In this document: positions 12,089-25,020 of the stretch, one piece after another
Layout: every line of letters begins with the position of its first letter
Position numbering within the stretch: the stretch's first letter is position 1
Assembly (NCBI RefSeq): GCF_009914755.1
Contig: NC_060928.1
Length of the DNA stretch: 64,000 bases
Strand: one strand, 5' to 3'
Origin: the human T2T-CHM13v2.0 reference genome, Homo sapiens
Notes under the pieces: generated by a model
What the model was told of the DNA's origin: nothing
Databases searched by the model: none
Seen by the model: only the letters and a program-made list of their open reading frames with translations
Made by a program: the position numbers and the translations under genes

Positions 12089-12525
12089 TGTCATGAGCTG
12101 AACTGTGTCCTCCCAAATGTGTATGGGGAGGTCCTGACCGGCAGCACCCCAGAACGGGAGTTTATTTGGAAATAGGGTCTTCCTGAGGTAAGCAAGCTGA
12201 AATGCAGGCAGGGCCCTACCCCAAGCTGAGTGGTGTGTGAGGACAAAGAGAACTTTGGACACAGACTCACTAGAGGCAGGGCAGCGTGAAGCCAAGGAGA
12301 AGGCGGGCACTCAGCTGGCACCACGTGGCCTTGAGCCACAGATTGCCAGATGCCATCAGAAGCTGGAGGGGGCAGGAAGGGCTCTCCTCTAGAGCCTCTG
12401 GAGGGGCACAGCCCGACCGACGCCTGGGGCTCAGACTTGTGGTCCCCAGAACTGCAAGATAAAACATTTCAATTGTCTGAAGCCCATTGCCTGTGGCCCT
12501 TGGTCCCGGCAGCCCCAGGACACTC
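12089..12525 (+). mobile_element. MaLR LTR (MLT1B/C-like)
   Basis: TGAACTGTGTCCTCCCAAAT...TATTTGGAAATAGGGTCTT...CCAGAACTGCAAGATAAAACATTTC. Confidence 0.8.
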
Positions 12526-15500
12526 ACGGAGACACACGCAGGGCAGCTCTCCTGGGGTCCCCCCGGCCCCAGCGTGCGGTCTTCAACTGTCATCAGGCCC
12601 ATGTGGATGCAACCCCAGGGGTTTTTCTCCCTCTCTTCCAATCCTCTGCCCTTGCTGGGTAGGGCAGGAAGAAATGGGGACCCTCACAGGAGGTCTCTGA
12701 GCTGGAACAGCCCCTCCGGGCATCGGGTGTGGTCTGCCATTTGTCATTTAACTCCACCCTCAGCCCGGAGTCTTCAGATGAGGGTTCTCTGCCCTTGCTT
12801 CCTGTCAGGGGGGCCCGATGGGAGGGACACAGGTGGGCAGGTGACAAAGGAAGTGGCCAAGGGTGTGTCCCAAACCCTGTGGGTGTTGGTTTCTCTGGGC
12901 CTCCTTCTCCCACAGCCCCACAACCCCCCTCAGCCCACCCATGTGCCGAAGAGTGTCTCACGTGGCAAGCCTGGCACCTGATAGGCACACGGTGAGTCTG
13001 TTGACTGAATGAGTGAAGGTAGACAGGGTGCTGGCTGGGGCTGGGTAAGGAGTGGAAGAGCCCAGGTTGCAGACCGCTGGGAAACAGATGGGGGTTCCCG
13101 GAAACCCAGGTTCAGCCCAGCACCTGACCCTCACATCTTTGCCCCTCAGAGCCGACCTCTGCCCGTGCCCGCCTGCCTGTGGGGAGCCTCTGCACAGTGT
13201 GGGAGTCCCAGGCACCACCTTGGGGTGGTCAGCTCTGCCCCGACCCCTTCCGGTGGGGTTCCTGGAGGTGTTGTCTCCATCCCCACCGCCCCGGTCTCCA
13301 CTGGCCCTGCTGAAGCTCATTGTGGCCCCTCCAAGCACTGTCCCTTACCCTGACCTCGGGCTGCAGGATTAAGCCCAGGCTCCTGGCTGGGGGGCAGACT
13401 GCGCCCTCCTCCAGGCCTAGCCTCTGCTGCCCTCCCTGGCCAGCTCCCTGGACTCCAGGCCTCTCAGGCTCCCACAGCATCCGCACCTCACCCCACAACA
13501 CATGACTTGCCCACAATCGCCTCCACCACACCCCATCCCACCTCCTACCTGTGTTCACACCATCCCTTCAGTTCAGAATATTCTTCTGGCTATCTGCCCC
13601 TCCGCCTCCCTGGAACACCAGTGTTAGCGCCTGCCCTTCCCCGCGGGTGGGCGTCACCACTCCACTCACCCAGCCCTGCGACTCGGTCTTCGCTCCTGGT
13701 CTGGATCCGGCATCTCTCCTGCTGGACCCAGGCTCCTGAGAGGCTGGGACTGTTGCCGCCAGTGTTGTCTGGAATCCTGGTCTCCAGGACAGTGCCCACA
13801 TGTGCTGGGTGCCCCAGAGAGTACACTGCCTCTCCAGACACAGCTGCCCCCTTGGCCGGACTGGGCTCCCCCAGGGCAGGGAGTCTGGAATCCATTTCTG
13901 GGTCTTCGTGCCTAGCACGGGGCCCTGGCAGACACTCTCCAGGCTTCTGGAATTCTGAACGGCATTCCCATTTGCAAACACAAAAACAGAGGCTTGGAGC
14001 ACCTTAGCCAGCTGCCCAAGCAGCCGTCGTTACTGAGCAGGGAGACCAGACCCCGTGTGTCTGACTCAAGCCTGAGGGCCCCCTTTGGTTTGGGGCCTTA
14101 CAACACAGGAAGGACAGGCTGGGATCTGAAGAGGGTTCGGGTCTTCGTGGCAGAACAGAAGGCCTACGAATGGCCCCCACTCCCATCCCAGGCTTTCTTT
14201 CCCACAGGCTGTGCTCAGGGATGGCCTAGATCCAGCTTGGGAGAGACCCAGGCCCTCGACAGGACAGGATGCAGAGGTGGGCATTCTCACAGCTTCCCTC
14301 CATGGCTCCCGCGGGTGTACAATGCACCCCAAGGGGCAGCTGAGAAGCGAAGGCAGCCAGCACATTACTCCTAGGAGGTCTCATGGTTCATCACCGGTCG
14401 GGGCACCTTGTAAGCTCTGATGCCATCCAAGGGCCCTCTGTAGAACAAGCACAGACACATCAGTTGGATACAAGACCCCCTGAGGCCCACTCACGGATCA
14501 CCAGAGGCTCTGCGGGCCTGAGGCCAGGATGCCCCCGAAGGGAAAGAGGAGGCCTGGGACCCACGGTCGTCTCAGGCATGAATCTGCCATGGGCCTGTGG
14601 GCCAGTCACTGGGCCTCTCGGGGCCTCCATTTCTCCATCATAAAACAGGAGCCTGAAGTCTAACCCCCAAGTCCAAGGACTCTTCCTCCTGCTTCCCAGT
14701 GGGGTGGGCTTCCCTGACATCCTGGAAAGACCATCATTCCCACCAGCAGCCCAGGCCTGGGCACTGTGGGGACACACTTTCCTCCGCTCATGCCCCGAGG
14801 CCAGGCAGCGGGCTGGAGACAGCTCCAGGCAGAGATGGGAGGGCCTCGAACCTGCGTCCTGTGTCAAGGAGGCACCAACAGAAAACCATAAAGGGCTCAA
14901 GCTGGTTCCCGGGCAGGCAGCCCCTCTCGTCCCTAGACACTGCAGTGGGAGTGCAATCCAGGGTCTCCACCTCTCCTGACCCTTCCAAGCCCCGGCTCTG
15001 GCTCCAAGGGGCTGTGGGCAAGGAGAGCGTGATGAGTATTGACCCTGCATTCAATGGGCAATCACTCATGTTATTTTGGGTAACAGACCTTGGGTGAAGC
15101 CAATTTAGTGGCAATTTGTAATAAAAATAACAGATGGGCTCAGCCAGCAAGGCAGACATCCAGTGAACGCGGCTGCAGGGAGGTGTCGAACCTGCTGGAG
15201 CCGCCTGAAACCCAGGCCCTCACGCCCTGCATCTGCTCCACTGCACTTTGTCACGGAGCAGCTGTAACGACCTTGGCTATCATTTTTTGAGCACCTAGGA
15301 CAGATGAGGAAGTGGTAGATCAGAGAGGTCGGAAGCCTTGGACAAAGCCACACAGCCAGGAAACAGGGGGCTGAGACTTCCTCCAGGTCGGCCTGACTCC
15401 AATGCCCGGGCTCCCTGCTCTGCACCACGCTGCCTCACAGGAGGCTGCACACGCGGGGCCTGGGTGTGGGGAACTGGACGCATCCCACCCCTGTGTCTGA

Positions 15501-16029
15501 GCTCACGGGAGTCAGCCTCCGGGGCTGGGGAAGAACCAGGTCACTGGTGCAGCTGAAGGGCTTTACAAGTCCTGGTTTTGGTGCTTTGTGGCCAAAACTG
15601 ACAGCATTCTCTTTTGTGAATTTTCCCCTCTGTGCAGGGCTTCCAAGTTGCCTCCCAATAAATACTGTCCCCTCTGCTTTAGCAACAAAACTCTTTGAAG
15701 ATAGGGGTAGCCAGAGAAACGAAAGCAGAAATCAGTGAAAGAGGCTTCTGGGCTATCTCTAAAAGCTGAGAGGAGGCCCACCTTTGCCTCTTGCCCTTCC
15801 CCTTATTCCTGAATAAAACAGGAATGTGAGAGCTGGTGCTTCAGCAGCCATTCTGTGACCTGGAGGATGAAACTTATCCACTAAGGATGGCCAAAAAAAA
15901 AAAAGCAAGATAGAAGGAGTCCCTGGGTTCCTGGCCACACTAGCCCTGGGCTGCCCACCTCCCACTGTGGTCAGTGCCCTGTCAGCAGCCAAACACAGAT
16001 TCTGACTGGCCCAGTTTACAAGAGCCTCC

Positions 16030-16460
16030 TGTATTAGGGTATTGACTCTATTTCTTAAATGGAAGCCAAGTCATGGTAGCTTACACAAGACAGAAAGTTT
16101 TGTTTGTTTCTCACAAACAAATAAATGAGTGAAGCTGGTAAACCATCCAGGAGGTAGGACAGCTCTGCCCCAGGTCACCAGGGACCTGGCTCCTTCTATC
16201 CGAGGCTCTGCTTTGCTGTAACTAAATTGTCCTCACCTGACCATCACAGCCCCATTCCAGGCAGCCAAGAAGGAGAGTTTGAGGGTCACCCAACTTCCTG
16301 ATAAGTCAAAGATCTATCCAGATGTTGCCCGCTGCACATCTCATGCTCACTGGTCAGAACCACATCATGTGACCGGGCTGAGCTGCAAGGGAGGCTGGGA
16401 AATGTAGTCTTTAGCTAAGTGCCCAACTGAAATCCAGAAGGGTTCAATTAGTAAAAGGTA
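16030..16460 (-). mobile_element. Old MaLR LTR (MLT1K/L-like)
   Basis: CACCAGGGACCTGGCTCCTTCTATC...TGCAAGGGAGGCTGGGAAATGTAGTCTTTAGCT. Confidence 0.65.
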
Positions 16461-16474
16461 AAAGGGGAGAATGC

Positions 16475-16766
<292 letters not shown>

Positions 16767-17349
16767 GGGGGGCGGGGGAAGAATGGATCCCCCTTTCCTC
16801 ACTCTGAGATCAGATAAAAATGTATGAGTATTTTTAATCTTTTTATAAAGCTTTTTGCTTTTGCGTTTACATCTTGAACCAGCCTGAGAGGAAGTGTGTG
16901 CCCTGAGCCGACCCATGGCCCTGCCCTGCCATCCCTTCCTGCTGATCCCTGCATGGTGTGCGAGAAACAGCTGTCCATCCCCACCCACCCCTTCTCCCTG
17001 TCTTACCCTGCCTCGAATGGGTCCTGGAGGCCTGATGTGAAGGACACAAGTCCCTGCCCTCCAGGAGCTCGCAGCCAGGCAGTGGGGGGTCGACAGATCC
17101 TGCTACACCTCCAGGGAAGTGCTCAGGGGCTGTCGGCCACCCCTGGAGGGTAACAGCTGTGCTGAGGGCTGGGCTCAATCCCCCAGCAGGGCCTGGGCCC
17201 CATACAGGCTGATGCCGGGGAGAACCCTGAATGGGATGAAGAGCCTGAGGCTCACAGAGGCTGCTCAAATCCAGGTACACATTTGCCATAATGCCAGTGA
17301 AAATATCACTGCTGGGACACTCCTGTGTGTTTATGTCAAGGAGGGGTGT

Positions 17350-17660
17350 TAAACTTCACATGGATTAAAGGCCTGAAGTGCAAACACTGAGGTTCCCCCA
17401 AGCAGCAGGAATTCCCTTCCAGGCTGCAACACAAACTCTGCCTGGGCTGCCAGCCTGCTCCCTGTGGAATCTGTCCTCAACACTGCCACATCGGCTCTTG
17501 CCTGAACTCCCAGCCTGCCAACCTGCACTACAAACTTTGGGCTTGCCAGACCACACGCTCATGCCAGAGAATTTCTTAAAATTGCATATGTGCTCCCTGT
17601 CTCTCTGTCTATCTAACTATTCTATTGATTCTCTTTCTTTGGAGAACCCTAATTCCTAAG
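17350..17660 (+). mobile_element. ERVL LTR (MLT2-like)
   Basis: CCAGCCTGCCAACCTGCACTACAAACTTTGGGCTTGCCAG...CTATTGATTCTCTTTCTTTGGAGAACCCTAA. Confidence 0.7.
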
Positions 17661-19711
17661 AACAATACGAAGAAAAACATTCAAAACATGAAGTCTAAAG
17701 TAACAGTAGTAAGTCCAACATCACCCAGCACACTTCAAACCATTTTGTAGCTATAATCACAGGGAGGGATTCATTCTACTTCCTAAAATGAATCTGTAAA
17801 TACAGAAGCGTGCAAAACAATTTCAGTGAACAATGGGAATCCTAGCACATGAGAAGCACTCAACTTCTTTCTTCCCCCACATCTTTCTTATGCATGAAAC
17901 ACACGTGTCCTGCTAAGTACAGTGAGTCACCACACAGCAGACACCAGCAGGCAACCATCCCTCAGCCAAGAACAGGAGTGACGCCCACGCTCCACCATGG
18001 GCTTCCCCCAGCGCCTGCAGTCCCTCTCCCCCGTGGACTCCACGCAGATGAGCCCGTCAGGCTCCTGCTCCAGCCTCATCACAGACCAGGAAGACCCACG
18101 CTGTTAGATTCATTTTACAGACCTGGATTCAAGCTGCAGCTAATTGGCTGTGCAAGGCTGACCTCCACTGTGTGGCTGCGGTGAGGATGAAGCTGCTGTC
18201 TCATTCACCCGTTTATCAGTGATGATGCCTACCTCTGGCTGCCCTGAGCAGCTTGCTGGGATGGCAGAGCCTGAATCTTGTCCCCAAGGAGCTCACAGTC
18301 TCACAAGAAAGTCAGACAAGAAACAGCCGTGACCTCAGGGAATGCAAGGGAGGCAACGATGGGTGGACCTGAGACTGCTGGGGGCCAGGCGGGAGGTCTC
18401 CTAGCACACTCTGGGGGTCGAGGTGAGTGCCCTGGACAGATGGCCAGCTGCCGGGTGACCCACCAGGTGCAAGAGTTCTGGCAGAGGTCCAGAAGGTTCT
18501 CTCACCTGGCACTTAGCAAGGTCAAGGATTCACCCTCCAGGACACTCTGCAGCCCAGGGATGTGGCCAGGACCCTTGGAGACTCCCAGTCTGTGCTTGGG
18601 TGTGAACCGGGAGTGAAATGTGACCCAGAAGTCGCAGAGAAAGTTTCAAGCAGCTGAGGAGGTGCACGTGAGGGCAGGAAGGGCCTGGGGAGTGTGGGAG
18701 GCTGGGAGTGAGAGCCAATCTGCCTGCTGACCTGCAGAAGCCTCTGGACTTGCTCTCTGAAAGCAGGATCCAGCGGGAGCTGGAAAGAGGAGGTTCCTGT
18801 ACGGGGCCAGCCTGCCCTCCCCCTCCCCACTCAATGTGGTGGGGTCCCTGGGGATCTACGCCCTCCAGCGGACAGTAGCATGCTGGAAGGGAGCTTGGGG
18901 ACAGATGAACAACAGGACCACAGAAAACCAAGGGGGAAAAGGCCACTAGTATAGAACAAACGTGTGCTCATAGTGCACGCCCAGCTGTGCAGGTTGTTCA
19001 TGGGAAGCCGCTGTGAGCGCTGGACCGTCTCAGCTCAGTCCAATGGAGAGAGGGAGGGAAGGGCCCTGAGTGCTTTTGAGTGGCATGTGAGCAAGTGAAC
19101 TTCCCACCTTCCAGACAAGACATAGACAGTTGATAGATTCCTTTTAAAAAAGAAAGAACCGAAAAAATGAATTCAAGCAATCGTGGCAGAAGCGTCCTAT
19201 TTAGAAATATAGAGGCAGGTAGAAGCAGAAAGAGCTGGCGGGGTTGACAGCTGTGTCCTCTGGTGGGGGTGGGATGAGGAATCTCTTCTGGTAGTGGTTT
19301 ATGCTCTTTGTAGAAGTGGAGGACATTTTAAGTTGTGTGCTGAGTAGCTCTGGTACAAATGAAGACTAGGAGGAGGAGAAGAGGCCGGGCAGGGGAAGGG
19401 GAGGAAGAAGGGGGCACTAGGTCTCTCTGAATTTAAACCGTTTAGGCGTCTATGTAGACATTTTTCTTTCTTAAAAAAATGGGGATGCGGGTGGTGGCTA
19501 CACGGGTGTGCACATTTATCAAAATTCCTCTGATTGCACTCTTAAATTTGTGCTTTTCTCCCTAAGTACATTCACTTCCCATTTTGAAGAAGGAGGGGAG
19601 GGAGGCTTTCCATCTTCTACCTGGTTATACGTTCGAATTTCGTGCCTTGGCGATGCATTGCTTGTTTAAAAACTACATACATCATGAGGGAAAATCTTTA
19701 TCAAAAACTCT

Positions 19712-19997
19712 GGTCGGGCGCAGTGGCTCAAGCCTGTAATCCCAACACTTGGGGAGGCCGAGGCAGACGGACCACTTGAGCTTAGGAGTTCACGACGAGC
19801 CTGGGCAACATACAGCACCCCTTCTCTACAAAAAATAAAAATTAGCCGGGCGTGGTGGCCGCGCCTGAAGTCCCAGCTACTCGGAGACTGAGATGGGAGG
19901 ATCACTCGAGCCCAGGAAATGGAGGCTGCAGTGAGCCCTGATCGCGACACTGCACTCCAGCCTGGGCGACACAGCGGACCATCTCAATAACAAACCG
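19712..19997 (+). mobile_element. Alu (AluJ-like), unusually CpG-retaining
   Basis: Dimer with TSD AAACTCTGG on both sides. Confidence 0.9.
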
Positions 19998-20089
19998 AAA
20001 CTCTGGCTATCTCCAGGTAGTCGAACTTGGGATGCCTTTTGTTTTCAGTGCTTGTAATTTTCTGAATTTTTAAAATAACGAACAGAGTC

Positions 20090-21700
20090 TCCTTGCGACA
20101 TTAAATGCAATGCAGCCGCCGAGGAAGCGTCGGGGACAGATGGGGTTGGACGCCGTCCCCACTTCCTCCCCTGCAGCCGCCTCCAGGCCGCCAACCTCGC
20201 CCAGCCGGAGCCTCAGTCCTGGAGGGTCGGGCGGCGGCGGCCTTCCCCTGGAGTGGCATTCTTGTTGCCCGTGGGGCCCCCTCCCCAGGTAGGAGGCAGG
20301 AGGCGGGGTCTGGGGCAGCCTCCGCTTTCTCCTTCCTCCTTCCCCCGCGGCTTCCCTGCTGCGCCGGGCCTCCCAGGTCTCACCCCGAGTTTCCGCACCC
20401 GGTGGGGCGCGGGTTCCGGCCCAGCTTCTCTCGGAAGTGACGGCTGACCTAGAGCCCATCCCTGGCCTCGGCCTCCGCACCCCCCCGCCCCCCTGCCTGT
20501 GGAACCCGCAGCCCAGAAGCCTGGAGCCTCTCTGCGAGCACGCAGGGGTCTCCCAGCTTCCGGATCGTTCCGCCGTTCGCCCTGGGTCTGAGTCTGGGGG
20601 TTCGGGAAACAATTTTGGACGTTTCTGGTTGGATTGTGTCTAAATCGTGCATTTTACGCGACAGGGGACTCGAGGTCCTTGAGGATCCCAAACTGCCGCA
20701 GCCCCTCCCTCCTCCTCCCCTTGCCCCTGCCCCTGCCCAGAGAAGTGCGCTCCTCCAGGGTCATCCACACGCGCCGTGCCGAGCCCCGGGCCCCAGTTCC
20801 AGGAGCCGCGTCTCTACGGGCCAGTGGGTCCTGAGAGAGTAGGGCTTCGAGCGCTCGGGGAGAGGAGGCGGAGGAGGGGTGAAGCCGAGGGGTGGCTTTT
20901 AACGAAAAAGAAGTTGAAGCATCAGCTAAGCCATTAGGGCTAATGCGATGTACTGTAAGACGGGGATCAATGCCGGGCCTCGGGGACCGGCGTGGGGGAG
21001 GGGGCAGCAGGCCGACCGCCCCCAAGCCGGTCGAGGCCCCCGTCCATTTGGGGGAAATGGATTTTCGCGATTTAAGAAACAAACCCAAATCAAATGAGCG
21101 AGGCCCGGATGTGCTGACGCTGCGGTTACGCGCGCGGAGCTGGAGCCCCGAGAGCGCTCTAGGAAAGGCGCAGCGGCGACCGCGGGAGGGGGTGAGAAGC
21201 CGAGGCAGAGAGGTCCGGAGAAGCAGAAAGAGATGCCGACCGGCAGAGAAAGAGCGAGACAGACACACCGAGGGGTGAGGGGGCAAAAGGGAGCAGCCTC
21301 GCAATTTTCGCAGAAGAAAACAGGCCGGCGCGGCTGGGGATGCGCTTCTGGGCCAGGCGCGGCAAGACCCCAGGAACTAGCCAGAGCCCCAAGACCCAGG
21401 CGCCTATTTGAGCTCCTTTGAGTCCGGCAGGAGGCCTAGGTCCATGCGGGAGAGAGAGGTGCCAGCCCCTACCTTGTGCAGTCCCCTCGCCCGGACGTCA
21501 CGGGGGGAGTGCCCCCTGAGCGCAGGCCCCCGGGCGGCCGGGGCCTCGCTTCTGGCGGCCGGGAGAGGTCGGCACCGTGACACTCAGGCACACATACACC
21601 AATGCCCCGGGCCCGCTAGGGACGCTGAGCTCCAGGCAACGAAAAACGAAGGTCCTGGAGTCGGTCCTGAGTGCATTCCTCCACTGGGCCCCGTCGAGAA
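20090..21700. promoter_or_regulatory. Orphan CpG island downstream of HMX1
   Basis: High CpG density in non-repeat sequence; no credible ORF. Confidence 0.75.
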
Positions 21701-22649
21701 TGAAACTCTCGGAGCATCGTCACTGGGAGGTCCTGGGGGGACACTGGGGTGGGCGAGCTTCTTCAAAGACTCGGTTTCCACTGGGCCCTCCCATTCCCTC
21801 CTCTCTTCGTCACGCGGTGGTGGTGGTGGTGGGGGGTGCAATAGCCCCTCTGGTTCCTGGGGCACCCCTTGTGGTGGGGTGTGCCCTCCTGGCTGGACCC
21901 ACTCCTTGCTGGGTGCAGGAGCAGAGTGGGGAGGAAGGAGGCCGGTGGATTTGGCTTCTGGGCAGCCCACCTCTGCCTCTCCTGGGGCCACACTGGGCTT
22001 ATCTGTAAAATGGGCACAGGTGAGATAGAGTTGGCCAAGGTCTCTTCTAGCAGGCTAAGGGTCTGCTGGGGAGGCGGGCTCGCTCCAAGGCTGGCCCCCC
22101 CCCACGCCTCTTGACAGTGCCACCCCCAGGATATGAGGAACCTCAGGCAAATATGGGGGATTCTTGTCTATATAAACAGTTTTAGTCATCGCAAACTCAT
22201 AATGTCAGCACCATCCCGTTAGCACGATTTCTCTAGTCCCGATTGACAGCCCTCCCAGAACCTGGGCCTTACAGGTCTGAGCTGGCTTAGAGCTTCCACC
22301 CCAATCCCAGAAAAGGCCCGCGGGACTTAGAAAATTCCAAAAATAAAAGGCACTCCACAGTATGGGGCCCTCTGAGGTGCAGCCTGGGGGCACAAGGGTA
22401 CTGCCTCTCAGACCCCCATGTGGAGAGCCCGCTGGAAGAGGGAGAGGAGGATTGAGGAAGTGGGGAGGGTGCGAGACCTCCGGAGCTGACACCCTCCCCC
22501 ACTCACCCAGACCAGGGGTGAGCTGGGCTCAGCATCCTCATCTCCTCGCCCTGTCATTGCCGCCACTAGAGAAATGGGGACAGAGTCTCTGCCTTCTCTA
22601 CACACGTGCGTGGTCTATGTGACGTGGAGTCGCACTGGGACCCGAATGA

Positions 22650-25020
22650 GGACATCCCCCCGCCCCTTCGTCATCGTGGGAATACCGTGGAACAAGGCGG
22701 GCAAAGGGCTGATCAGCTCCCGTCCCGGCCCGAAGAAAGCTTCCAGGGGAGGCGGAAGGGCCATTCGCCATTCCAGAGCAGGCGCGGGCAGTGGCCCACG
22801 GCTCTGGGCCCGGATCTGTGTCCACCTCTGGATACCCAATTCCCGCCACCATGTTGTTGGGAGCAAGGAGGCACAACTGCCCGTGGTGGGAGTGGAGGGC
22901 TTAGGTCCCCATTAGAACCGGCAGAGCCCCGACGGGGCCAACGGCGGTGCTGACAGCGCGAACTGCGTCAGGGGCGAAGCCGAGTTCGTGGAGCGCCGTT
23001 GCGCACAAGTGCGCGGGTCAGCAGGGCCCTGGTGCCTGGACACCCCCGGGTGCGCGCGGCGTGGCTGCCCTGGTGCCCCAGTGAGAGCATGACTGCGCGC
23101 CAAATGGAAGTGGGGGCGCCCCCTGGCCTTTCCTATACCCGGGGCCAAAACCGCTGGGACCGATATACTGCAGGAGTCCGGGCACAGGCTGAGGGGACCG
23201 GCCCGTGCGTTGAGCGCCTCGGAGGTGCTCCGGGTCATGGTGGGTGCTGAGCGGGAACACGGAAGGCTGTGTACACAGCAGCAAGCAATGCACCCGCGCT
23301 CCCGTCATTACATCGCGCCGCCTTCACCCCCGCTACGATGACCACTCCGCAGATGGGCAAGACGGGCTCAGAGAGATGAAGTGACTTTCCCAAAGCCACA
23401 CAGCGGGCCAGTGAAGGCACCGCGCACGGTCCAGGAATCTAACCCTTCCTGGGGAGTGGGGAGGGAAGGGCTCGACCCGAAGGGGCCAGGCGGCAGAGAG
23501 CCCCGCGTCCCCCGCCACGGGCTAAGACGCAAGGCGGCCCGCCGTGTCTCCACCTGCGCGCCTCGAGCTTCGCTCCGCTCTAGCCTTCGGGTTAACACCG
23601 CTTCCTTCCAGAAGCCTAACGAGGCCCGGGCGGATCAGACGCCTCCCTTCTCCGCAGCCCCATGCCCTGCCCGCAGCTTGAGCTCACCGCCCTTCTCGGG
23701 GTGGCGGTGCGGAGACCGGACGGCTCCACTGTGCAGACCCCGAGGGGTAAGGGGCCGGGTAGGGGAGGGGAGCGAGAAGTGGCGAGGTGAGAACTGAGGG
23801 GCGAGGCTGAAGGCTGAGCCAGACTTCCAGACGCCAGAAAGACGCCAGGTGAGCCGGGCGGGGGCGGGGGCGAGGGCGGGGGAGGGGGCGGGGCCGGAAC
23901 CGCGGGGAGGGGGCGGGGCGCCCGGGAGGGCCGCGAGCTGGGAAGGTCCCGGGCGGCCGGAGACGGTGAAGAGGCGGGGCCGAGTCGCGTCCGCGGGGTC
24001 CCGGACACAGCGGAGCTGGCGCCACTGTCGGGGTTCCGTTCCATCTAGGTCGGGCAGCCCCGCGGGTCCGGGCGCCGCTGCCCTCCTCTACCTGCTGGGA
24101 AGCGCAGGCCGAGCAGGGATGAACCTGGCTCCAGGGCCCCAGCGGGGCAGGCAGGGCCCGGACCAGAAGCTGCGGCACCGACTTCCCACTGCCCGACCGG
24201 GCGACGCGGGGCCTGGGAGGGGCGGGTCGGGATCAGAGCGCCGCTGCGCCCCGGAGGCCGCGCTTCCCGCGGCCTGTGCCGAGGAGCCTCTCCGCAAAGA
24301 AATAAACACGCCCTGTCTCCCCGACCCCGACTCGGGCCGGTCAGAAGTAGGGAGAATCACGCTCGGGAAAGGGGGGTAGGGAACGACGGGGGAGCCTCGG
24401 TGACCAGGGCAGATGCACGCGCGCGCGGGATCCTCGTGCGCCGCGAAGAGGGACGAGCAGAGGAGCATCGGAAGAAGACAGGCGAAGGGGACCGCGGAGC
24501 AGCGTAGGCGGAGCCCCGGGGGCACGGCCGAGGCTGCGCTTCAGGAGTGTCCGCCAGGCGCCTTCCCGGGCGGTTGGCGAAACCCGAGGAGGCCCACAGC
24601 TCTGGCCTGGGGCGCCGTCGTTCCAGGGGCCTCTGCGCCTCTCTCTGGCGTCTGTCTGGACCCTCAGAGCCCCGGGATCAAGGCGCCCATCCTCTTGATG
24701 GCGGGGCGCACCTTTCGCGTGGGTCGGGCGCTGCAGACCAAGCACGCCGAGTGCGTCAAGGAAGTGCCCGGAAACCAAAGACAACGCACCCGGGACCAAG
24801 AGGAGGCCGCTGCGCGCAACCTCCCAAACACTGCAGCGAAGTCGGAACCACGTCCGCGTGGGTGACTCGGGCTGGGGAGCCGGGAGGCGGCGCCAAGGAC
24901 CCTTCAGCCCTTGTCCGTCCTCCCTGATATGTCCTCGACGCGGTCTGAGGCCTCCCCAGCGGAGGCGACGCCCCGGCGCCAGGTGCCCTGGGTGGGGGAA
25001 CCCGGAGGGGGCACCACGAC
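22650..25020. promoter_or_regulatory. Orphan CpG island with GC-box cluster (23855-23930)
   Basis: Very CpG rich, with multiple GGGGCGGGG motifs. Confidence 0.85.
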
